Shown piece by piece: positions 37,289-44,970 of a stretch of 64,000 nucleotides of DNA. The position numbers and the translations under genes were made by a program. Source of the DNA: a bacterium (GTDB taxonomy: Bacteria; Bacillota_I; Bacilli_A; RF39; UBA660); contig JAHZGA010000002.1 in the NCBI GenBank assembly GCA_019421005.1, positions 10,204 through 74,203 on the forward strand, read 5' to 3'. A model generated the notes under the pieces. That model was given only the letters and a program-made list of their open reading frames with translations. It was not told the DNA's origin and made no database searches. Every line of letters begins with the position of its first letter. The stretch's first letter is position 1.

Positions 37289-37377
37289 GGTTCTTTTTTT
37301 ATTTAAATTATTAACTTTAATTATATTACTCTAAACAAAGTATAAAATTTATCATAAAATAATTAAGAGGTGGTTGT

Positions 37378-38187
37378 ATGCAATTTGAAAATAAAATTAA
37401 TAAAATCATTGCAAATCAAAAGATAAGAAAAAAATTATTTGATGCAGGTATTTACCCAATGGTTGGTCCAACTGGACCTAAAGGCAAAGATTTACAAATA
37501 TCTGGTTCTTATGGAAGTCTTGAAGAATTAGAAAGAAATCATCCAACTGGTAAAATCGGTGAATGTTATTTAATTAATGGTATTCTTTATGTTTGGAACA
37601 ATGATTTAAATAAATGGGAAGAAGCTGGTAATATTCAAGGACCTAAAGGTGAGATAGGTCCAACAGGTCCTAAAGGAGATAAGGGAGATATTGGTCCAAG
37701 AGGATTACAAGGTGAAGCTGGTCCACCTGGTCCAGCAGGAACATCTATCAATACTTCAACTAGTTATGATGGTATCCTTTTTGTCAGTTTTGCTCAAGCT
37801 AATTATTCTAAAATTATGACATTTCAAGAAACAGTAGAAATTCCTGAAAACAGCGAATATTTTAAATTAATTGATAAAGAAAATATTGCTTTAACTAATC
37901 CTGGTATTTATGAAATTACTCTTTGTGGTCAAATATCTGGTGTTGACCAATCTCATGGAGCAATTTTCTATTTATCTGATACTAATGGAGCTGTAATCCA
38001 AGACCTTTCATTTGAAGTAAAAGCTGGTTCTACTACTAGAATGGATTGTTCCGAAACTATTATTACCAAATTAAATAACCCTACTACTTTATATGTACGT
38101 TGTGGTATTATTGGTGATAGTAGTACGGCTAATATAGATTTTACTAATGTTAATTTAGTCATAAAAAAATATCATGCTGATATATAA
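37378..38187 (+). CDS. collagen-like triple-helix repeat protein (BclA-like exosporium/spore-surface candidate)
   Basis: GXY run [34 protein letters not shown] and a C-terminal ~150-aa beta-rich domain. AAGAGGTGG lies upstream. Confidence 0.8.
   Translation: MQFENKINKIIANQKIRKKLFDAGIYPMVGPTGPKGKDLQISGSYGSLEELERNHPTGKIGECYLINGILYVWNNDLNKWEEAGNIQGPKGEIGPTGPKGDKGDIGPRGLQGEAGPPGPAGTSINTSTSYDGILFVSFAQANYSKIMTFQETVEIPENSEYFKLIDKENIALTNPGIYEITLCGQISGVDQSHGAIFYLSDTNGAVIQDLSFEVKAGSTTRMDCSETIITKLNNPTTLYVRCGIIGDSSTANIDFTNVNLVIKKYHADI
37690..37715 (+). repeat. 26-nt arm of an inverted repeat shared by the two collagen-like genes
   Basis: ATTGGTCCAAGAGGATTACAAGGTGA is identical to the reverse complement of 38774-38799 and is read in the same frame (IGPRGLQGE) in both genes. 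Confidence 0.9.
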
Positions 38188-38218
38188 AAACAGAAACATT
38201 ATTTCGTTTCTGTTTTTA
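38186..38218. terminator. bidirectional terminator between the convergent collagen-like genes
   Basis: AAAACAGAAAC-ATTATTTC-GTTTCTGTTTT. Confidence 0.7.
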
Positions 38219-38223
38219 ATTAT

Positions 38224-38910
38224 TTATTTTTCTTCACCTAAATATTCTATAAGGATAGTTATTAGTGAATTGCTAAAAAATGAATGAGAAGCAATATTAG
38301 CAATATCTGGTGTTGATAAATAAATTGTTGATTTACTTAAATTAGCTAATTCATAGGTTTTGTTAGTGTCAGCAACTGCTAGTATTCCTTGAGCATATAA
38401 CTCAATTGCTTCACCATTATAAACCCATTGACCTACTCCAACATATACGTTATCAGTACCTGTTTCTCTAAAACCTAATGAAACAATATCGGTTGTTGGA
38501 TCAAAATCAACACTATTTACAAATGGATAAGCTGATACAGTAAATGTTATTTTATAATATCCATGAATATTAAATTTAATTAAATTATTAGTTGTATCTA
38601 AAGTTATTAGATTATCAACATCAAGTTCTATTCTTTCAATTGGTAAATTACGATTAGATTCAACTGGAACTCCATCAGGAAATTTTGAATTATTAAAGGT
38701 TACTAAATAAGTTGAACGTTGAACCCCAGTTGCTGGGTCTCCTTTATCACCTTTAGGACCAGTTGGACCTATCTCACCTTGTAATCCTCTTGGACCAATT
38801 TCACCTTGTTCACCCTTATCTCCTTTAGGTCCAATAGTTCCAACCACACAACATGGTTTACATTTTTGATCATTTTCTATTTTTTTTAAAATCTTTTTAT
38901 AATCTATCAT
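38224..38910 (-). CDS. collagen-like triple-helix repeat protein (BclA-like exosporium/spore-surface candidate)
   Basis: GXY run [39 protein letters not shown], a Cys-rich N-terminus (KCKPCCV) and a C-terminal beta-rich domain. AGGAGG lies upstream. Confidence 0.8.
   Translation of the reverse strand: MIDYKKILKKIENDQKCKPCCVVGTIGPKGDKGEQGEIGPRGLQGEIGPTGPKGDKGDPATGVQRSTYLVTFNNSKFPDGVPVESNRNLPIERIELDVDNLITLDTTNNLIKFNIHGYYKITFTVSAYPFVNSVDFDPTTDIVSLGFRETGTDNVYVGVGQWVYNGEAIELYAQGILAVADTNKTYELANLSKSTIYLSTPDIANIASHSFFSNSLITILIEYLGEEK
38774..38799 (-). repeat. second arm of the 26-nt inverted repeat
   Basis: The reverse complement equals 37690-37715. Flanking GXY-coding DNA is also about 90% identical, but in permuted block order. 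Confidence 0.9.
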
Positions 38911-38986
38911 ACAATGCCTCCTAATATAAATTATGTTAAATATTTATTTTCATAAATTATTTTTATCCAGAAAATAAAAAAAAGGC

Positions 38987-39304
38987 TTAAGCCTCCATAT
39001 CATTTAATTCTGTATTTAAAGTTTGATGTTTAGATTTAATTTCTTCTTTAGAAGCACTTTTTAATACATACCAACCTTTCCTAAACATCATTTCAAATAC
39101 TTCTCTTTGTAATTCACTATACATTTCAAGCATTTCTTTATATCTTTTATATAAAAATTCATTACTTGCTTCTGTTATAGCTACTATATAATTTTTATTC
39201 ATTTCTTTAAGAGTATTTAATAAATAATTTAAACAATCTTTGTCATTCAATCCTATTCCATTAGGTACTTCTACTTTATTATTTTTAATTTCCATTAATT
39301 TCAC
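38987..39304 (-). CDS. spore coat protein, CotF (Coat_F) family
   Basis: LNDKDCLNYLLNTLKEMNKNYIVAITEASNEFLYKRYKEMLEMYSELQREVFEMMFRKGWY matches the Coat_F pattern. Confidence 0.75.
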   Translation of the reverse strand: MKLMEIKNNKVEVPNGIGLNDKDCLNYLLNTLKEMNKNYIVAITEASNEFLYKRYKEMLEMYSELQREVFEMMFRKGWYVLKSASKEEIKSKHQTLNTELNDMEA

Positions 39305-39500
39305 CTTCTAAAATATTTAAAATTTCTCTCATATTGTTTAAAAATATTTCACTTGCCTTATTAAAAACACTCTTAATTTCTTCATCCATTACCTCAAGAT
39401 TAACAATCATTTTATATGCTCCATAATTCCAATTAAACATATCACTTAAATAATCTAAATCTTTACAACTTATCATATTAGGTACAAATTTATATTCCAT
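39285..39500 (-). CDS. small CotF-associated spore coat-like protein
   Basis: 71 aa (ISCKDLDYLSDMFNWNYGAYKMI...). It overlaps the CotF-like gene by 20 nt. Assignment is by context and weak similarity to the Coat_F N-terminus. Confidence 0.45.
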   Translation of the reverse strand: MEYKFVPNMISCKDLDYLSDMFNWNYGAYKMIVNLEVMDEEIKSVFNKASEIFLNNMREILNILEGEINGN

Positions 39501-39606
39501 TATATCCCTCCAAATATATTATTATCAATATTTAAATTTTAATACTTATTTTTGAGGACAAAATAAATTTTGTAAATTTAAACATATTGTTAAATAGGAG
39601 GAGTTT

Positions 39607-40305
39607 ATGTTAGATTTTTTTAAAAATATTTTTAACGATTTATATTTTTTAACAACATCATATTCAAACAACTTATTCCCAGAACCTTTAAAAAAAGAAG
39701 AAGAAGAAAAATATGTTAATGAAATGCTTTTAGGAAATAAAGAAGCACGCGCGAAAATAATTGAACATAATTTAAGATTAGTTGCCCATATAGTTAAAAA
39801 ATATGAACATAGAAAAGAAGATGAAGATGATTTAATAAGCATTGGTACAATTGGTTTAATTAAAGGAGTAGATAGTTTTTCCCACAAACATGGTACTAAA
39901 ATAACCACCTACTGTGCAAGATGTATTGAAAATGAAATTCTAATGCATTACCGCAGTGATAAAAAAAACAGTAAAAATATCAGCATTAATGAATCAGTTG
40001 GATTTGATAAAGATGGCAATGAAATAACATTTTTGGATATTTTAAAAACACCAAAACCTGATTTTGATGAAGATATCCATACCAAAAATAATATTGCTTT
40101 ATTAAAAAAATACTTAAATATTTTAACTGACCGTGAAAGGGAAATCATAATTAAAAGATATGGTCTTAATGATAATGATGAAATAACTCAAAAAGAAATT
40201 GCTAAAGAATTAGGAATATCACGTAGTTATGTTTCTAGGATTGAAAAAAGAGCTTTAACAAAAATGTTAAGAGAATTTATTAAAAACAAAAATCATACAT
40301 TCTAG
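39607..40305 (+). CDS. sigK: sporulation sigma factor SigK (pro-sigma-K, uninterrupted)
   Basis: The pro-sequence and YSNNLFPEPLKKEEEEKY resemble B. subtilis YVKNNAFPQPLSSSEEKKY. Also IEHNLRLVAHIVKKY, DLISIGTIGLIKGVDSF, ARCIENEILMHYR and ELGISRSYVSRIEKRAL. GGAGGAG lies upstream. Confidence 0.9.
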   Translation: MLDFFKNIFNDLYFLTTSYSNNLFPEPLKKEEEEKYVNEMLLGNKEARAKIIEHNLRLVAHIVKKYEHRKEDEDDLISIGTIGLIKGVDSFSHKHGTKITTYCARCIENEILMHYRSDKKNSKNISINESVGFDKDGNEITFLDILKTPKPDFDEDIHTKNNIALLKKYLNILTDREREIIIKRYGLNDNDEITQKEIAKELGISRSYVSRIEKRALTKMLREFIKNKNHTF

Positions 40306-40835
40306 TATGATTTTTCAAATTCTAAATTAACTTCCAATTTATTATATAATAAATATTTTATAATAGTTATTACTTGTAAAACTAAAGTAGCTATAATTAA
40401 AATATTTACAAATAAATTAATATTTTCATATATGTTAGTTAAAAATGCTAAAATCAAAGTAATAAATAAAAATGTTGTTTTTACTTTACCAATAAATAAT
40501 GATTTTACATTATTATATTTAATATAATAAAATAAATTTATCACACTTATAAGTATTTCTAAAATAAAAACTGGTATTAATAATGAATTTTTTTTCATTA
40601 AGCAAATAACTAAACTGATAGCAAAAAATTTATCAGCTACAGTATCTAATTTAGCTCCAAAAGTAGATATAACATTCCATTTTCTAGCTAAAAACCCATC
40701 TAACATATCAGTTAAAGAAGCTATAATGGTTAAAATTATTACAACTTTTAAATTATTATTTAACCCAAAAACAATAATAATTGGTGTTAAAGCTATTCGT
40801 AACCCAGTTAAAATATTAGGTATATTTTTTTTCAT
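40302..40835 (-). CDS. pgsA: CDP-diacylglycerol--glycerol-3-phosphate 3-phosphatidyltransferase (CDP-alcohol phosphatidyltransferase family)
   Basis: DGFLARKWNVISTFGAKLDTVADK matches D-G-x2-A-R-x8-G-x3-D-x3-D. Confidence 0.85.
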   Translation of the reverse strand: MKKNIPNILTGLRIALTPIIIVFGLNNNLKVVIILTIIASLTDMLDGFLARKWNVISTFGAKLDTVADKFFAISLVICLMKKNSLLIPVFILEILISVINLFYYIKYNNVKSLFIGKVKTTFLFITLILAFLTNIYENINLFVNILIIATLVLQVITIIKYLLYNKLEVNLEFEKSY

Positions 40836-40845
40836 ATATTCCCCC

Positions 40846-41352
40846 TTAATTTATAACATTATCAACTACTTCTTTTGTTTTATTAATTATTTCTCCTTTT
40901 TTAGAAATAATATATTGATATTTCATTTGATCAAAAGAAAATTCCACTTTATAAACTAATTTTCCATTATCTTCTAATTCTTTAATAATAACATCTTCTA
41001 GATTACTTGGTACTCTAGCATCTGTTAAAGCAATATTTTTTATTTTATCATAAATAGATACATCATTAGAATTAATTTTCTTATTTTTTTGATTCTGATT
41101 AATTATTTCATCAGTAAATAAATTAACTTGATAATTATAATTTACCTTTTTATAAGTAAAATCCATTTCATAAATAAATCTAAAATTTTTAAATTTAATT
41201 TTACTTACATTTATATTAATATCATTATAAAGAACATTAGCGTCTGATAAAATTATATTTTCAGCTATTTTCTTTTTATCTTGAAGATAAATATGTGTTA
41301 TAAAAACCATAAATATAATTATAATTAAAATAATTACTCCTCTAATTTTCAT
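40846..41352 (-). CDS. membrane-anchored protein with PepSY-like repeats
   Basis: N-terminal TM helix and two ~60-aa modules ending in ..YEMDF.. and ..VYKVEFSFDQMKYQYIISKKGEIIN, reminiscent of PepSY domains. Confidence 0.45.
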   Translation of the reverse strand: MKIRGVIILIIIIFMVFITHIYLQDKKKIAENIILSDANVLYNDININVSKIKFKNFRFIYEMDFTYKKVNYNYQVNLFTDEIINQNQKNKKINSNDVSIYDKIKNIALTDARVPSNLEDVIIKELEDNGKLVYKVEFSFDQMKYQYIISKKGEIINKTKEVVDNVIN

Positions 41353-41353
41353 T

Positions 41354-41929
41354 TTAATTATCCTTTCTACTCACACTTATCCCATCACCAATATCAACAA
41401 ATTTTGTTTTATATTCTTTATTCTCTTTTAAAAATTGAATATATTTCTCAATTTTAGAAACTAATCCTCTTACATTTCTACTTAAGTTTTCTTTATTAGA
41501 ATTAACTAACCCATGAAATTTTAAGTTATCAGTAATTATAGTTCCACCATCATTTAAATTATTCTTAAATTTTTCAAAAAACTTAATATTTTGAGCTTTA
41601 GCTGCATCAATAAAAATCAAATCAAATTTATCAGTTATTTCAACATCAAAAATATCACTATTGATTGGTTTTATTTGTTCTTCTAATTTAAATTTAGCAA
41701 TATTTTTTAAAGCTTCATTATATCTAATACTATCTCTTTCAATAGTAGTTATTTTAATATTTTTATCAACTAAAGCCATCGAAATAGCTGAATACCCTAT
41801 TGCTGTTCCTAATTCTAAAATAGTTTTAACATTATTATCTTTTATATATTTAGTTAAATATGTAATTCCCTCTTTAGACATAATCGGAATATTATTTTTT
41901 ATAGCATATTCTTCTAATACTCGTACCAT
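41354..41929 (-). CDS. class I SAM-dependent O-methyltransferase (YrrM/TrmR-like)
   Basis: ILELGTAIGYSA SAM motif and FIDAAK. Its position after mltG matches B. subtilis yrrL-yrrM. Confidence 0.8.
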   Translation of the reverse strand: MVRVLEEYAIKNNIPIMSKEGITYLTKYIKDNNVKTILELGTAIGYSAISMALVDKNIKITTIERDSIRYNEALKNIAKFKLEEQIKPINSDIFDVEITDKFDLIFIDAAKAQNIKFFEKFKNNLNDGGTIITDNLKFHGLVNSNKENLSRNVRGLVSKIEKYIQFLKENKEYKTKFVDIGDGISVSRKDN

Positions 41930-43047
41930 AAATTTTGTTCCTTAAGAGTTGTTATTGTTTGATTATGTTCCTCATATGTTTTAGAAAAATAAGTTTTTTT
42001 ATTTTTATCAGCTACAAAATATAAATATTCATGATTAGTTGGATTTATGCTGGCAACAATAGATCCAGTTGATGGGGAATCTATTGGTCCAATTGGCAAA
42101 CCAATTAAACAGCTATTATTTGAACTAGTATTATATTTACTACATGTTTGTAAATCACTCATTGTTAATTCTTCACCGAAACTTTTATCAACAGCATAAT
42201 AAGTTGTTACATCACTACCTAAAGATGAACCATTGTTTAAACGATTATAAAATACTCCTGCTACTCCTGCTCTATCGTTTTCACTAGATCCCTCTAATTC
42301 AATAATTGAAGCAAGGGTTAAGATTTGATGAACAGTATATGGACTAGCATCAATAGATGATTTATACTCTGTTAAAACATTATCCATTTGATCAAGCATT
42401 TTATAAGCAATTTCTTGAGGTGTTACATCTTTATTTTTAAAATAATATGTATCAGCAAATAAATATCCTTCTAAAGCATATTTAATTTCAGGATTTTTAA
42501 CTTCATCAGTAACAAACCAATATTTATTAATAACCTCATTAATAAATTCTTCATTTTGCCAACTATTAATTACATCATCAACACTATTGTTAGTACTATC
42601 AGCTATTTTTGATGCAATTTGTTTTAAACGGACACCTTCTGGAATAGTAAGTACAACTGCATTTTCTTGGTATTTAGTGCCTTTTTTTAAAGTATTAACA
42701 ATTCTTTTAACATTCCAACTAGGATTTAATGAATAAATACCAACTTCTAATTTTTGGGGATTATGTAATTTAACATAAATTTTATAAGCTAGAGTTGATT
42801 TAATTAAATTGTTTTCTTTTAATACTGGAGCTATACTATTATAAGTATCACCAGGTTCAATTGTAAAAGACATATTATCTGCATATTTTAAAACTGGTTG
42901 TAAGTTCTTTTGATAAATAATTAAAGAAACACTAAATAATACTATTAAAGTAATACTAAATAATATTAAATTATTTCTTAATTTATGTTTCTTATAAATA
43001 ACTTTTAAATTATGTCTAAAAATCCTCCATTTACTCTTTTTATTCAT
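41914..43047 (-). CDS. mltG: endolytic murein transglycosylase MltG (YceG-like)
   Basis: N-terminal TM helix, LEGYLFADTY and ASIIELE motifs. Confidence 0.9.
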   Translation of the reverse strand: MNKKSKWRIFRHNLKVIYKKHKLRNNLILFSITLIVLFSVSLIIYQKNLQPVLKYADNMSFTIEPGDTYNSIAPVLKENNLIKSTLAYKIYVKLHNPQKLEVGIYSLNPSWNVKRIVNTLKKGTKYQENAVVLTIPEGVRLKQIASKIADSTNNSVDDVINSWQNEEFINEVINKYWFVTDEVKNPEIKYALEGYLFADTYYFKNKDVTPQEIAYKMLDQMDNVLTEYKSSIDASPYTVHQILTLASIIELEGSSENDRAGVAGVFYNRLNNGSSLGSDVTTYYAVDKSFGEELTMSDLQTCSKYNTSSNNSCLIGLPIGPIDSPSTGSIVASINPTNHEYLYFVADKNKKTYFSKTYEEHNQTITTLKEQNLWYEY

Positions 43048-43061
43048 AAAAATTTTAACGA

Positions 43062-43349
43062 TTACTCGTTATTTTCTCCTTCTAACATTTCACTTTGGAT
43101 TTGTTCTAAAATTGTTTCAATAATTTTCCATTCTTTTTCTGTTTCAATAGGTTGTAAAATAGGGTCTTCATCTTTTGGATCATATATTGAAGCATATACT
43201 TTAGTATTTCCTTTATCATCTTTAGTATAATCTGTATATACCATATAATTTTTATTAGTTTCTTCAGATTCAAAAGTAAACAAAACCTCACATTCAACTA
43301 TTTTTCCTTCCTCATCTTTAACTTTAAATGTTACTCTTTCATCACTCAT
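43062..43349 (-). CDS. DUF1292 (YrzB-like) protein
   Basis: EEGKIVECEVLFTFESEETNKNYMVYTD...VYASIYDP is typical of DUF1292. Overlaps the ruvX stop. Confidence 0.8.
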   Translation of the reverse strand: MSDERVTFKVKDEEGKIVECEVLFTFESEETNKNYMVYTDYTKDDKGNTKVYASIYDPKDEDPILQPIETEKEWKIIETILEQIQSEMLEGENNE

Positions 43350-43768
43350 TTTTTACCTTCCTTCCTATCTAAATATGTTTGCAAAATTATCATCGCTGCT
43401 AAACTATCAATTTTTTTCTTTCTTTTTTTTCTTGAAACATTAGCTTCTAACATATAATTAGTTGCTTCTTTAGAAGTTAATCTTTCATCAATTAAGTTAA
43501 CTTCTAAACCAAATTTTTTTTCTAATTTTCCTTTAAATTCTAAAGTTTCTTTTCCTCTAAAACCAATTGAGTTATTCATATTTTTAGGTAGTCCTAATAC
43601 TAATGAAGTAATTTCATTTTCTTCAATTATTTGTTTTAATTCAGTCAATAATTTATCTTCATTATCATAAAAAATTGTTTTATAACTAGTTGCAATTAAT
43701 CCAGTTTTATCACTTATAGCAAGTCCTAAAGTTTTACTTCCTAAATCAAGACCTAAATATCTCACCAA
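43346..43768 (-). CDS. ruvX: Holliday junction resolvase-like RNase RuvX (YqgF)
   Basis: LGLDLGSKTLGLAISD, VLGLPKNMNNS, DERLTS, AAMIILQTYLD. Confidence 0.93.
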   Translation of the reverse strand: MVRYLGLDLGSKTLGLAISDKTGLIATSYKTIFYDNEDKLLTELKQIIEENEITSLVLGLPKNMNNSIGFRGKETLEFKGKLEKKFGLEVNLIDERLTSKEATNYMLEANVSRKKRKKKIDSLAAMIILQTYLDRKEGKK

Positions 43769-43799
43769 ATCACCTCAATATGAATACAATAATATTCTA

Positions 43800-44927
43800 T
43801 CATTTATTACAAACTTTATCAATGTTTTTGTCAATTAATTGGCACTGCTTGACAAAATATTCATCAGTCATTCCAGCAATATAATCAATTACTTTTCTTT
43901 TTAAGCTAGTATTTTTTAAGTATTCATCATTCATTTCACTTAAAAATGTTTTTTTAATATTAGTTTTATTTTGATTTAATTCTAAATCATTTAAACAAGC
44001 ATTAAATAATTTTCTAAACATATTTTCATAATTTTTTAAATTTTTTTTTGTATTAGCTTTACTATAGATAAATTCATAGTTGAATTTTTTTAATTTTGTA
44101 ATAGCTTCAAATATTTTTGGAGATATTTGAATATAAGGTTTATCTAAACTATTATTTATAATATCTAATATAATTGTATTTATTATCTTACTATTATTGT
44201 TTCCTAAAACTTTTACAACATCTTCTGGGATATCACATCTTTTAATAACTCCCAATGTAATAGCATCTTCAACATCTTTTCCTAAATAACTAATGATATC
44301 ACTTATTTTAACAACACAACCTTCTAAAGTCATTGGTTTTAAGTTTTTATTTTCTACTTTAAAACAATCATTATAATCTTTAAAAAAGTCTTCAATAGTT
44401 TTAGAAACTGGATAATATTTTATTTGTTCTAATTCGCCATTATGGCATAAAATTCCATCTAAAACTTGAATTGTTAAGTTTTCACCAAGGCCATGATTAT
44501 CAACATACATTAATGTTCTTACACTCTGGGCATTATGCATAAATGTTCCTTCATTATTTTCTAAACTTATTTTATTTAAAATTCTTTCTCCTGTATGGGC
44601 AAAAGGAACATGTCCTAAATCATGACCTAATGCAATTGCTTCAATTAAATCTTCGTTTAAATTTAAAGCTCTTCCTATTGTTCTAGCAATTTTACTAACC
44701 ATTTGAACATGGATTATTCTTTTACTAATATGATCATTACCAACTCTACTAAATACTTGAGTTTTATCAATATATCTAGCGTATGATAATGAATAAATAA
44801 TTCTATCAATATCTCTAAAATAATTAGGTCTTATATCTTCAACAATAGGTTTCAATCTAATAGCCATTTTATCATAACAAGCATATTTACTTAAGTTAAC
44901 TTCATTTTTTAACATATTTTCTTTCAT
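43800..44927 (-). CDS. HD-domain dNTP triphosphohydrolase-like protein (dGTPase family)
   Basis: TRIIHVQMVSKIAR...ALGHDLGHVPFAHTGE HD motif, HNAQS, a later ISD, and a C-terminal DYIAGMTDEY typical of the Dgt family. Confidence 0.8.
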   Translation of the reverse strand: MKENMLKNEVNLSKYACYDKMAIRLKPIVEDIRPNYFRDIDRIIYSLSYARYIDKTQVFSRVGNDHISKRIIHVQMVSKIARTIGRALNLNEDLIEAIALGHDLGHVPFAHTGERILNKISLENNEGTFMHNAQSVRTLMYVDNHGLGENLTIQVLDGILCHNGELEQIKYYPVSKTIEDFFKDYNDCFKVENKNLKPMTLEGCVVKISDIISYLGKDVEDAITLGVIKRCDIPEDVVKVLGNNNSKIINTIILDIINNSLDKPYIQISPKIFEAITKLKKFNYEFIYSKANTKKNLKNYENMFRKLFNACLNDLELNQNKTNIKKTFLSEMNDEYLKNTSLKRKVIDYIAGMTDEYFVKQCQLIDKNIDKVCNK

Positions 44928-44940
44928 TTTTAACCTCTTT

Positions 44941-44970
44941 TCAAAAAATAGTAGAATTACCTACTATTTT
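44941..44970 (-). terminator. rho-independent terminator overlapping the alaS stop
   Basis: Minus strand reads AAATAGTAG-GTAATT-CTACTATTT followed by TTT. The TAG stop lies inside the 5' arm. Confidence 0.65.

Noticed and set aside
37335-37361. SigK-type promoter matches: AC-16 nt-CATAAAATA upstream of the + collagen-like gene, and CATAATTTA at 38927-38935 upstream of the - collagen-like gene.
   Set aside because: In both cases the -10-like element ends only about 4-8 nt from the SD. A transcript starting there would lack or truncate the ribosome-binding site. The matches are short and AT-rich, so they are expected by chance.
39607-40305. Looked for a skin-like prophage element interrupting sigK.
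   Set aside because: sigK is one continuous 232-codon ORF covering regions 1.2 to 4.2. No recombinase or insertion is present.
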